A stretch of DNA of 64,000 bases, from the NCBI GenBank assembly GCA_947085185.1, contig CAMTVK010000002.1, forward strand, positions 1-64,000, in the 5' to 3' direction. The notes under the pieces were generated by a model. The model was not told where the DNA came from and searched no databases. It saw nothing but the letters and a program-made list of their open reading frames with translations. Shown piece by piece: positions 8,269 through 17,487 of the stretch; positions within the stretch are counted from its first letter, which is position 1, and the number at the start of each line of letters is the position of its first letter. The position numbers were made by a program, and so were the translations under genes. The DNA comes from Candidatus Fraserbacteria bacterium. GTDB lineage: Bacteria > Bipolaricaulota > Bipolaricaulia > RBG-16-55-9 > DRXL01.

Positions 8269-10032
8269 ATGGGGGCGATCTGGGCCCTTCTCGTTTTAGG
8301 AAATGTACTCTTTCAAGAGCAAAGCTGCACGGTCACCGTTCAGCCGGGACAGTCCATCCAACAAGCGCTCAATACTGTCGCCGAGGGCGCTCTGGTGTGT
8401 GTCGCTGCGGGGACGTTCACGGAGAATTTCACGATCACCAAGAGCCTCGCGCTGCGCGGCGCTGGGAGAGATAAGACCATCCTCCGCGGGACTATACGCA
8501 TTGAACAAGACCGACAGATCCAAGTCACCCTCACGGGCTGCACTATCACCGAAGCTCGCTTTGGTGCGGGAGTGCGCATCTCCGGCCAAGCACTCGTCAC
8601 GCTCGATGACGTCGCAATCACTCAGAGCTTTATGGGGGTGCTCGCTGTGGGCTCTGCTCAAGTCGCTCTCACCAATGCGCAGGTGCTCGAGAATCAATTC
8701 AATGGCGTGCACGCCGAAGGCTCGGCCCACGTCACCCTCCAAAACGTCCGCATCGCCCATAATGGGTTCGACGGCTTAGTCGCAAAAGACTCGACAACGC
8801 TTCAAGTCAACGAGAGCGTCATTGAGGACAATAAGCACTGCGGGGTGTGGGTTTTGTCGGGGAAGATCTCCGGGACTCCCAATGCGATGCGCGGCAACGG
8901 CGCGGATCTGTGCGGATTTGCCCCATCGGCCATCAGAAAGCCGCTTGTCGCGCAGACCGACAAAACCCAGCTCACTGTACCCGGAGATTTTCAGGATATC
9001 CAAGAGGCCCTCGACGCTCTCGCTCCCGGCGGGACGGTGCTCCTCCAGAACGGCACGTATGCTGTGGGGCTGACCATCTGGAAGCCCGTCACGCTGCGCG
9101 GCCCAGCGACGCTCACCGCAGTGCCCGATCGCCAGCTCATCGTGAGCACCATCGCCGAAGCCCAGGGCGCCCTGCTCGACGGAGTCACTCTCAGGGGGAG
9201 CCGCGGAGATGGCGCGCTGCTCTACGGCCAGACGACTTTCCAGAACGCCCAGATCTCCAAACACGCCGATGATGGCGTCGAGATCGCCGGCTCAGCCGTC
9301 GTGCAGATGATACAGACTGCTGTCTTTGACAACGGCGACGACGGGATCTTCCTCGCGGAAAGAGCTCAGCTGACGCTGACGAATTCAATGATCTCCAGCA
9401 ACAAGGGTGACGGCATAGAAGCGCGAGATTTCACGAGGGTGAAGCTCCAAAACACTCAAGTCTTCAACAATATGGCGCGCGGGCTGGACATAAGAATCGC
9501 CGCGCAGCTTGACGTGTTTGGCTCTCAGATTGCGGGCAACAAGGCCGATGGGATGGTGTTGCGAGACTCCGTTCAGGCACGCCTTGAAGCAGCTCAGATT
9601 CTCAAGAATGGGGCCGACGGGCTCCTGGTGACCGACAAAGCCAGAGCGACCATCGCCGACTCGACGATCTCCGCCAACGGGAGCCATGGGGGTGAAGTCA
9701 GCGGCACTGCCACGATAGAAGTGCGCCGCAGCACCATTGAGAACAACGGCACATCAGAAAGCTGCATGCGCGCCGATACCCTCTGCACGGGGCTCGTTCT
9801 CATAGGCGACGCTCAGGCGCGTCTTATGGACTCTGTAGTGCGCACCAACACGGACTGGGGCATTATGGCGTGGCTGAAGCGCTGTGGCGCCCCGTTCGAC
9901 TTCTTCAACGGCCACGTGACTTTTGCGGGCACAAACACTCTTGAGAGCAACAACAGATCGGGGAACCACAAGGGCAACCCTGGCACGCACCCATTTGCGA
10001 ATCTACCGGACGGCCAGGTCTGCTTGCCGTGA
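8269..10032 (+). CDS. Secreted right-handed beta-helix repeat protein (pectin lyase/NosD-like), internally duplicated
   Basis: Two modules starting SIQQAL..GT and DIQEAL..GTY, with many N...G(I/V) beta-helix repeats. Confidence 0.8.
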   Translation: MGAIWALLVLGNVLFQEQSCTVTVQPGQSIQQALNTVAEGALVCVAAGTFTENFTITKSLALRGAGRDKTILRGTIRIEQDRQIQVTLTGCTITEARFGAGVRISGQALVTLDDVAITQSFMGVLAVGSAQVALTNAQVLENQFNGVHAEGSAHVTLQNVRIAHNGFDGLVAKDSTTLQVNESVIEDNKHCGVWVLSGKISGTPNAMRGNGADLCGFAPSAIRKPLVAQTDKTQLTVPGDFQDIQEALDALAPGGTVLLQNGTYAVGLTIWKPVTLRGPATLTAVPDRQLIVSTIAEAQGALLDGVTLRGSRGDGALLYGQTTFQNAQISKHADDGVEIAGSAVVQMIQTAVFDNGDDGIFLAERAQLTLTNSMISSNKGDGIEARDFTRVKLQNTQVFNNMARGLDIRIAAQLDVFGSQIAGNKADGMVLRDSVQARLEAAQILKNGADGLLVTDKARATIADSTISANGSHGGEVSGTATIEVRRSTIENNGTSESCMRADTLCTGLVLIGDAQARLMDSVVRTNTDWGIMAWLKRCGAPFDFFNGHVTFAGTNTLESNNRSGNHKGNPGTHPFANLPDGQVCLP

Positions 10033-11247
10033 GAGGGCGCGCTCCAGCACTCGCCCTAATCTCTTAACGCCCTCCTCGATCTTCTCCGGGGGCATATATG
10101 AGAAGTTGAGGCGCATCGTGTTGTGGCCCGAGCCGTCGGGATGGAACGGCCCGCCCGGCACGAAGGCGACTTTCTCTTTGAGAGCTTCTTGAAGAACTTC
10201 CGTAGCGTCCAGGTGCTCCGGCAGTATGACCCAGAGGAAGAGTCCGCCCGCAGGGCGCGTCCAGCGCACGCCCTCGGGAGAGTATCGCTCTAACGCGTGG
10301 AGCATGGCGTCGCGCCGCTCACGATAGACTTGGCGAATGAAGCGCACGTGTCTGTCTAAAAATCCCCCACGCGCCACTTCATAGGCGACCATCTGGGTGA
10401 AAGTGCTCGTGTGCAAGTCGGCCCCTTGCTTGGCTTGCACCAACTTTTGGATGACCTCTTCAGGTGCGATGACCCATCCCAAGCGCAGCCCCGGCGCAAG
10501 TGTCTTCGAGAACGTGCTCAGATAGATGACGTTCCCGCTGTAGGGCGCGTTGGTGTGTCTTTGAAATTCGTTGTCGAGCACCACGAGTGAGGGGAGATGA
10601 TCCCCCTCGTAGCGCAGTTGTCCGTAGGGGTCGTCCTCGATGATGGGCACTCCGTAATGATCAGCCAGTTCTATTAATTTCTTTCTGCGCTCCAGCGATA
10701 GAGTCACCCCGGCAGGGTTATGGAAGTTCGGCAGAACATAGAGAAATTTCGGGCCGGCCCGTAAGTATCCTTCGAGCTTGTCCGTCTGTATCCCGTCGTC
10801 ATCGAGGGGGACGCTGACGTACTCAGCTTGGTACGTGTTCCAGGCTTGCAGTGCCCCAAGATACGTGGGCTTCTCCACTAAGATGCGATCCCCAGGGTTG
10901 ATGAAGACTTTCCCGATGAGATCTAACGCTTGTTGGGAGCCGCTGGTGATTAAGATGTTCTCCGGGTTGACGACGATCCCATAGCGCGCCGTGTGGCGCG
11001 CGATCATCTCTCTCAAGGGGCGATAGCCCTCGGTCCTGCTGTACTGCAGCGCTTGTGGGCCGTGCTCGGCTAAGACTTTCTGGCAGGCTTCTTGGAATTC
11101 TTTCACCGGGAAGACATCGGGGGCGGGCAGGCCGCCCGCAAACGAGATGACGTCTGGCTGCTCGGTCAGCTTCAGCAATTCACGAATTGCCGAGCTCTGC
11201 ATTCGTTGAGTGCGCTGCGCGTAGCGCTCAGCCCATAGAGTCTTCAT
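10003..11247 (-). CDS. PLP-dependent aminotransferase class I/II (LysN/2-aminoadipate transaminase-like)
   Basis: ISFAGGLP, ITSGSQQALDL, PNFHNPAG, IIEDDPY, STFSKTLAPGLRLGW. Confidence 0.9.
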   Translation of the reverse strand: MKTLWAERYAQRTQRMQSSAIRELLKLTEQPDVISFAGGLPAPDVFPVKEFQEACQKVLAEHGPQALQYSRTEGYRPLREMIARHTARYGIVVNPENILITSGSQQALDLIGKVFINPGDRILVEKPTYLGALQAWNTYQAEYVSVPLDDDGIQTDKLEGYLRAGPKFLYVLPNFHNPAGVTLSLERRKKLIELADHYGVPIIEDDPYGQLRYEGDHLPSLVVLDNEFQRHTNAPYSGNVIYLSTFSKTLAPGLRLGWVIAPEEVIQKLVQAKQGADLHTSTFTQMVAYEVARGGFLDRHVRFIRQVYRERRDAMLHALERYSPEGVRWTRPAGGLFLWVILPEHLDATEVLQEALKEKVAFVPGGPFHPDGSGHNTMRLNFSYMPPEKIEEGVKRLGRVLERALSRQADLAVR

Positions 11248-11303
11248 AACTCCCTCCTTACTTCTATTGTGCCACAGTTGGGCTCATGGCGCTATGACGG
11301 CGG

Positions 11304-12728
11304 TCAAGGCATTAAGTGGAATTGGATGAGCAACCACAAAAGGCCGATCAGGGCAGGCAGAACCCCGGCAATCAAGCCAATTAAGATCCATTTGCGCAGC
11401 GTCATGCAGTAACCCGTGTGCTTCTCCAAAATGCCTAGGGCGACGATGTTGGCAGTTGAGCCGACCATCGTGATGTTGCCCCCGTAAGTTCCCCCAAAAA
11501 GCAAAGCCCACCACAGTGGGAAGCTCTTGATCCCCGTGGCCTGGAGCGCCGCAATCACCGGCAGGAAGGCCGCCACCAGCACTAAGTTATCCAGTGCGGC
11601 TGAGCCGAAAGTGGCTATCCCCGTGATGAGGGGTGTGAGCCAAAGCGGGTCCGTGCTGAGCCCGCTGAAGGCCTTGGCTACCCGATCCGTCAAACCCACG
11701 TAGCTCAGGGTTCCCGCCTTGGCAAACAAGAACATAAAGAAGGTCAGCGTCCACCAATCGACGCTTCTTTCTAAATATTCCCGGGCTCTCTCCCGCTTCC
11801 AGAACATGACCGCCGCCGCCCCGCCAATGGACGTGGCCACCAGCAGTGTGTTCTTCTCCAATCCCAGGGCCAGCTCCAGGCGGTAATGCAAGGCGAGCAG
11901 CAGTATGACTGTAGTAAAGAGCAGCACTCCTCTCCGGAAGAACGCCTTGTCCTCCACGTCTGCCCAAGCATCGAGAGCCACACCGAGGGCTAAGGGGTCC
12001 CCCTGTGCCTCCATCTTTGCCTGAAGCTCCGCCAGATCCTTGCGCTGCCACCACCAGATAATAATGATGAGAGCCAGCAACGAGAGGAGACCTACGGGGA
12101 AGGCCCAACGAAGGAAATCCTCAAAGGTCAGGCCAGCGCGCAGCGCGATCATTATCCCCACGGGATTCCCCAGCACGGTCCAGGAGCTGCCGATATTGGT
12201 GGCCAACACCACCGAGATGATGTAGTTCACCGGATTCACTTTGTAGCGGCTACAAAAGTCCAGCACAATCGCGGTTATGAAGAGTATAGAGGTGACTTCG
12301 TCCACCAAAGCCGCCGTGAACGCGGCCATGAAGAGAAAGAGCGCCATAACTTTCTTGGCGTTGAAGCCAGCCAATTTGACGGTCGTGATGCCCAGCCAGG
12401 AGAAGAACCCGGTCTCCCTGATCAAGCCGATGAGTATCATCATGCCGATCAGGAAGACGATGACATCCAGCTGCATGAACTCTATGGTGTGCTTGAGGTC
12501 TATCGTCCTGGTGAGGAGCAAGATCACGATGCCGGCAAAGGCAATGGCCAGCCGGAACCTCCAGAACATCAAGGTTCCCACAACGGTAGCCATAAAGATT
12601 GTGGCAGATAGGGCCTGAGGTATGTCCTGCAACAGCCAGAAGAATGCCGTGCCCAAGGCTAACATAATGGTGCCATAAATGATAAAATCCTTGTTGGTTC
12701 CCGGGACCCCAAGATGTTCCGCTTCCAT
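11304..12728 (-). CDS. ArsB/NhaD/SLC13-family permease
   Basis: Many TM helices, with ATNIGSSWTVLGNP and GGNITMVGSTAN motifs. Confidence 0.85.
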   Translation of the reverse strand: MEAEHLGVPGTNKDFIIYGTIMLALGTAFFWLLQDIPQALSATIFMATVVGTLMFWRFRLAIAFAGIVILLLTRTIDLKHTIEFMQLDVIVFLIGMMILIGLIRETGFFSWLGITTVKLAGFNAKKVMALFLFMAAFTAALVDEVTSILFITAIVLDFCSRYKVNPVNYIISVVLATNIGSSWTVLGNPVGIMIALRAGLTFEDFLRWAFPVGLLSLLALIIIIWWWQRKDLAELQAKMEAQGDPLALGVALDAWADVEDKAFFRRGVLLFTTVILLLALHYRLELALGLEKNTLLVATSIGGAAAVMFWKRERAREYLERSVDWWTLTFFMFLFAKAGTLSYVGLTDRVAKAFSGLSTDPLWLTPLITGIATFGSAALDNLVLVAAFLPVIAALQATGIKSFPLWWALLFGGTYGGNITMVGSTANIVALGILEKHTGYCMTLRKWILIGLIAGVLPALIGLLWLLIQFHLMP

Positions 12729-12925
12729 ATGCCTTCATTTTAAGGGCGCTTTCCCACAATTGCTATGATCCGGCTCAAAGATGGAACTGATGATCGTCAT
12801 GGCGCTCGCGTTTCGCTTGGGGGAGATTGTGCTTGCGCGAGCTTGACATCCCCGCGCAGATGTGCTAGAGTATGGGCATCCTCGGCCGGTTGTGGAGAGG
12901 CCCAAGCAAAATTGAAATACCCAAA

Positions 12926-13032
12926 CCGGCGACTGAAGGCGCCGGCTCAGCAGGTGGAAGCGTGCTGAAGCACGCTCGCCAGCCCTCTTGAGTGGGCTTT
13001 CACTTGCTGAGCCGGATGCTTCAGCACCCGGC
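12926..13032. repeat. REP-like composite palindromic element
   Basis: A 20-bp outer stem (12942-12961/12996-13015) plus four small hairpins with TGAA/TTGA/TTCA loops. Confidence 0.65.
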
Positions 13033-13040
13033 CCCTTCTG

Positions 13041-13470
13041 ATCGCCGACGTCGCGCAACAGGAGAAGCGTCGGCTGCTGATGGCGAGCACAGACTCGGCG
13101 ATCCCCGCGGGAGAAGCATTCATGAAGCGCCTTGGGGCACGGCCAGGGCAAGTCAACCTCACGAATCAGTTGGATCTCGCTGAGCTGGACAGGGAGCTGT
13201 TGCGGCGTTGGCAAGAGCGCGCGCCCAAAGACGAGTTCGAGCTTGGAATACCGTGGGCACGGCTTAGGAAAGTGGCTCAAAGCCGCAATGTTGGAGAAAG
13301 TGCTGCGCGACCGCCCCCAAGTCAAGCGCGTGCGCACGGGCAATGCCAACTCCAACGCCCCAATGCTCAAAATTAACTATGAGCTGGGCTTCAAGCCCTA
13401 CAAGCAATGGACGACCTGGCAGGTGGAGCTGGAGAGAGTACTGGGATATCTCAAATCGTCTCCAGCGTGA
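13041..13470 (+). pseudogene. Degraded GNAT acetyltransferase
   Basis: Two frames: ...PAGEAFMKRLGA...NQLDL, then YRGHGLGKWLKAAML...VRTGNANSNAPMLKINYELGF. The 5' part and the middle are missing. Confidence 0.75.
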
Positions 13471-14221
13471 TCTGGTCAGCTTTCTCGAGGGGTTGACCCA
13501 AATCTAGGATCGCGACTGTTCTAGGAACAGGATACGCCGAGGACGTAAAGAGCGTCAGACAACGCCTGCCAAAGAGATAGCGCGGCGCCTGAGGCTGATG
13601 CCCACGAATTAAGATCTTTTTATTGAGTCGTCTCATGAGCTCGCGAAAATACGCCTCGCCGTATTGGGGCCGCCCGCCCCAGTCGCCTAAATAATACCCA
13701 GGGACTTCCTGCCAGTCCCCCCACGTGATCGCGCGCCACTGAGCTGAACCTAATTCAATGTGATTGATCTCGTTGAGAGCGTGCACGTCGGGCACCCCTC
13801 CGTGGGTCGCGAGCACGCCGTTGCGCGTCGAGACGACTAATGGGAGCAATGCGAGCGTTTCGGCGAAGCGCGCCCGACGCTCTCCAGCAAGCCCCTCCCA
13901 AAAATCTGCCGGGGAGAACTCCCCATACTTCCAGCCCTCGTGATTGCCCTGAAGCAAAAAGATATTTTTGGGGTGCTTCAGCTTCTGCTCCACCAGAAAG
14001 AGCAGATTCTCCAAAGAGTGTGGTCCACGATCTACATAGTCTCCTAAGAAGACAAGTATAGTCTGCTCGTCGAGATAGCGCGCGATGACAGTCTGCGAGG
14101 CTTCCAAGTCGCCGTGGGTGTCACCGACGAAGACCGCACGGCCGCCAGAAGAGAGCTCGATGAGCCGCCCTTGGCGAGTACATACGTGAGAGAATCTCTC
14201 TAGAAGCTCTTGTTCGTTCAT
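13451..14221 (-). CDS. Metallophosphoesterase (Ser/Thr protein phosphatase-like)
   Basis: GDTHGD, GDYVDRG, GNHE, HGG, RGHQ. Confidence 0.9.
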   Translation of the reverse strand: MNEQELLERFSHVCTRQGRLIELSSGGRAVFVGDTHGDLEASQTVIARYLDEQTILVFLGDYVDRGPHSLENLLFLVEQKLKHPKNIFLLQGNHEGWKYGEFSPADFWEGLAGERRARFAETLALLPLVVSTRNGVLATHGGVPDVHALNEINHIELGSAQWRAITWGDWQEVPGYYLGDWGGRPQYGEAYFRELMRRLNKKILIRGHQPQAPRYLFGRRCLTLFTSSAYPVPRTVAILDLGQPLEKADQITLETI

Positions 14222-14835
14222 AGCTTCTCACGGATCTTTTGCAATGTCTGCCACTTACGCCGTGCGCACTCAGGGAAACGCCCTGTGCGCTCGTAAAAAT
14301 CTCTCAAAAACTTGCGCGTCTTCTGCTCCCCGGGATACCCCCAGCCAAAATCCCCGTACTCTTGACGCAATCTCTCGATCGCTCGATCACGAGAGACTTT
14401 AGCTATGATTGAGGCAGCGCTCACGATGGGATAGAGCACATCAGCCCCGTTCTCGGCACGCAGCTCAAACGCTTGAGCACTCACGCGCTCTCGCAGGGCT
14501 CGAACGAATCCCTCGCGGGCCGCAGGCCCCACCGGCAGATCGAGATAGACCCAATCAGCAGCACTGCCCCGAATAATCTGCCCCATCGCCTGGAGCTCTA
14601 TCTCCGTAAGATTCTCCTCGAGCTCGCCTGGCTCGATCTTCAGAATGAATATATCGGCGATCTGCTCGATCTGGGCGGCAAGCTCCTCGCGGCGCGCTCG
14701 GGAAAGCTGCTTACTGTCCCGCACCCCAAGAGCAGCGAGCGCTCCAAGGTCCCGTGAAGCACACAACACCCCAGCGACGACCAACGGCCCGATCACACAG
14801 CCTCGTCCAGCTTCGTCTATCCCTAAGATCTTCAT
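14218..14835 (-). CDS. rnhB: Ribonuclease HII (archaeal-type)
   Basis: GIDEAGRG, DSKQL, VSAASIIAKV.RD, GDFGWGYP. Confidence 0.92.
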   Translation of the reverse strand: MKILGIDEAGRGCVIGPLVVAGVLCASRDLGALAALGVRDSKQLSRARREELAAQIEQIADIFILKIEPGELEENLTEIELQAMGQIIRGSAADWVYLDLPVGPAAREGFVRALRERVSAQAFELRAENGADVLYPIVSAASIIAKVSRDRAIERLRQEYGDFGWGYPGEQKTRKFLRDFYERTGRFPECARRKWQTLQKIREKL

Positions 14836-14904
14836 AGCCGTTTGCAAGGAGCCTCATTCAGTCTATACAATGCACGGTGCTCCAAGCAACAAGGAGGTGG
14901 AGCT

Positions 14905-16164
14905 GTGAAGCTCTTTGTGCTCAGCCTCGATGGAACGCCCTATACGCTGCTTGCCCACGCGATATCCCAAGGCCGACTGCCCCATCTCCGCAAGCTCTTT
15001 CAGCAGGGGTCCTTCGTGCAGATGGACTCCGTCATCCCCACGATCTCGTCGGTCGCTTGGGCCACGTTCGCCACCGGGGTCAACCCCGCTAAGCACAATA
15101 TCTTCGGGTTCGTCGATGTGGACGAGCAAAGACGCTTGGTCGTCCCCAATGCCTCTCATATGACCGCGCGACCGCTGTGGCAGCGCTTGACCGAGCTGGG
15201 CCTGCGCTCCATCTGGATCAATCTTCCCATTACTTATCCCCCCGAGGCTCTCAACGGGGTGATGGTCTCCGGGTTCTTGTGCACCCAGCTCGAAGAAGCC
15301 GTCTACCCCACGAGTCTTCTGCCTACGCTGAGAGAGATAGACTATCTCATTGACGCCGACCCAGCTCGCGCCTATAGGGACCCAGATGGCTTCCTCACAG
15401 AGCTCTTCGCAGCTTTGGACGGCCGACGTCGCCTCACATGGCATCTGTTAGAGACCGAGCCCTGGGATTTCTTCTTGCTCCATATTATGGAGACCGATCG
15501 GCTCCATCACTTCTTCTGGGACGCCAAGGACGACCCGCATCATCCCCATCATCGTGACTTCTGGAGACTCTACGAAGAGATCGATCGTTTTGTCGGGGAG
15601 CTTCTTGAACGACTTCCCAAAGAGTGCGAGCTGGTGCTCTTATCGGATCACGGATTTTGCCGCATCGAGCATGAAGTCGAACTCAACGTCTTCCTGCGCG
15701 AGCACGGATTCTTACGAGCGGCTGATCTGACTCAGCTGCACCCAGCCAGCCGTGTCTTCGGGCTCATCCCCGGACGGCTCTATATCACCGAGAGAGAGCC
15801 CGAGCGCACCCGCGAGGAGCTCACGCGGGCCCTCTACGATCTGAAAGATCCCCAGGGCAGACCCGTCATCGCACGCGTCTGGCGACGCGAAGAGCTCTAT
15901 ACCGGGCCATATCTTGCAAAAGCGGCCGATCTCATCGCGGTCCCGCATAATGGCTACGATCTCAAGGCCCGACTCGGAGCGTCCCAGCTCTTTGTCAAGA
16001 GCCGCCTTCAGGGGATGCACACCTTCGATGACGCGTTTCTCTTCGTGCGCGGCCATGCACTCACCACCCCATCTAAGCCCCAAATCGTAGATCTTGCCCC
16101 AACGCTCTACGCCCTGGCCGGGCGAGAGCCTCCCCCAGACTTTGAAGGACGCAATCTCCTATGA
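14905..16164 (+). CDS. Alkaline phosphatase superfamily / type I phosphodiesterase-nucleotide pyrophosphatase
   Basis: LSLDG, TG.NP..H.IFGF, TDRLHH, SDHGF, GMH, IVDLAPT. RBS AAGGAGG precedes a GTG start. Confidence 0.85.
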   Translation: MKLFVLSLDGTPYTLLAHAISQGRLPHLRKLFQQGSFVQMDSVIPTISSVAWATFATGVNPAKHNIFGFVDVDEQRRLVVPNASHMTARPLWQRLTELGLRSIWINLPITYPPEALNGVMVSGFLCTQLEEAVYPTSLLPTLREIDYLIDADPARAYRDPDGFLTELFAALDGRRRLTWHLLETEPWDFFLLHIMETDRLHHFFWDAKDDPHHPHHRDFWRLYEEIDRFVGELLERLPKECELVLLSDHGFCRIEHEVELNVFLREHGFLRAADLTQLHPASRVFGLIPGRLYITEREPERTREELTRALYDLKDPQGRPVIARVWRREELYTGPYLAKAADLIAVPHNGYDLKARLGASQLFVKSRLQGMHTFDDAFLFVRGHALTTPSKPQIVDLAPTLYALAGREPPPDFEGRNLL

Positions 16165-17012
16165 GATTTCTGATCTATTCCAAGGCCCTCTACTCAACTT
16201 GGGTCTACTACAGCCCCGATCGCATCGCGTTTGACGCCGGCGAGGGCATCAGTACGATCTTGGGGAATAAAGTCTTCGCCATCGAGAGAATCTTCCTCTC
16301 TCACGGCCACGCCGATCACATCACGGGCTTGATTGGGCTCATCAACATCCGCAACAGCGGCATGGGCGATACCGAAAAACCCTTGACTATTTATTATCCC
16401 GAGGGCAATTGGCGCGTGCTCGAGCTGATCAGCTATATTAAGAAGACCAATCGTCGTCTCCAATATCGCTTAGAATGGGTCCCGCTCTCCATCGGCGACC
16501 GAGTCGAGGTCTTCTCCGGCCAGTGCCCTCGCTATGTAGAAGCCTTCAAGACCGTCCACGCTGATAACGAAATCTCGCTGGGATATACTATTATCGAGCA
16601 ACGAAGGCGCCTCAAGCCCCACTACCGTGACCTGCCGCAAGAAGAGATCCTCAAGCTCGTGCAAGCTGACAAGCGCGATGAGATCTCTGAGATCTATCTG
16701 AAAAAGCTCGTCTCTTATGGGGGAGACTCCGTCGCTCTCGACCCAAGAGACATTTTGGAAACCGATATTCTCTTGCACGACTGCACGTTCCTCACCGAAG
16801 AAGAACGCGAAGATTTTAAACACGCCACGCTCTCAGAAGCCCTCGAGGTGGCCCTGCGCGCTCACGTGCAAGAAGCTTTTTTTGCTATGCACATCAGCTC
16901 ACGGTATCAGCAAAAGCTCAAAGAGATCGAGGGACAGCTGATGCGCGAGCACCCGAAGTGGCCCTTCAAAGTGGTCTTTGTGCCGCCGGGGAAGCTCTTT
17001 CGCTATGCATAG
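16161..17012 (+). CDS. rnz: tRNase Z (RNase Z), Thermotoga-type
   Basis: SKALYSTW, FDAGEG, SHGHADH, RNSGMGD.EKPL, HDCTF, HIS.RY. Confidence 0.85.
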   Translation: MRFLIYSKALYSTWVYYSPDRIAFDAGEGISTILGNKVFAIERIFLSHGHADHITGLIGLINIRNSGMGDTEKPLTIYYPEGNWRVLELISYIKKTNRRLQYRLEWVPLSIGDRVEVFSGQCPRYVEAFKTVHADNEISLGYTIIEQRRRLKPHYRDLPQEEILKLVQADKRDEISEIYLKKLVSYGGDSVALDPRDILETDILLHDCTFLTEEEREDFKHATLSEALEVALRAHVQEAFFAMHISSRYQQKLKEIEGQLMREHPKWPFKVVFVPPGKLFRYA

Positions 17013-17367
17013 ATTCTGTACGCACAATCTGATTCTGTGCGTCGACATGGACGATGCGCGGGCGGTGGCGCTGGGCTTCCTCGGGTTCAAAGCTCGCGTA
17101 TGCCAAGATAATGACGAGATCTCCGGGGGCGCCCCAGCGCGCCGCCGCGCCGTTGAGCTGCACCATGCCGGACCCTGCCGGCCCCGCGATCACATACGTC
17201 TGGAGCCGCGACCCATTGTTGATATTGACGACATCAACTTTCTCGAACGGGAGAATCTGCGCGGCTTCCATGAGCAGGCTGTCGAGCGTCAGGCTGCCCT
17301 CGTAATGCAAATCCGTCGCGGTGATCGTCGCCCGATGGATCTTCGACTTCAATACCTCAATGTGCAT
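16966..17367 (-). CDS. panD: Aspartate 1-decarboxylase
   Basis: LKSKIHRAT, YEG|S cleavage site, NG.RL.TY, NGAAA. Confidence 0.95.
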   Translation of the reverse strand: MHIEVLKSKIHRATITATDLHYEGSLTLDSLLMEAAQILPFEKVDVVNINNGSRLQTYVIAGPAGSGMVQLNGAAARWGAPGDLVIILAYASFEPEEAQRHRPRIVHVDAQNQIVRTESMHSERASPAAQRPL

Positions 17368-17487
17368 ACGCTGCTTTAATCTTAAAGCCTCTCGCGACAT
17401 CATGCAAGCAGTGCCTGTCAGAGAGACCTAGTTGCAGGTTATAATAGAAATGTGATAAGATAACCCTTGTTAGGGGAATCTCGACCT

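Noticed and set aside
12735..13370. 211-aa minus-strand ORF
   Set aside because: Spans the REP-like element and the antisense of the GNAT remnant, with no protein-like features.
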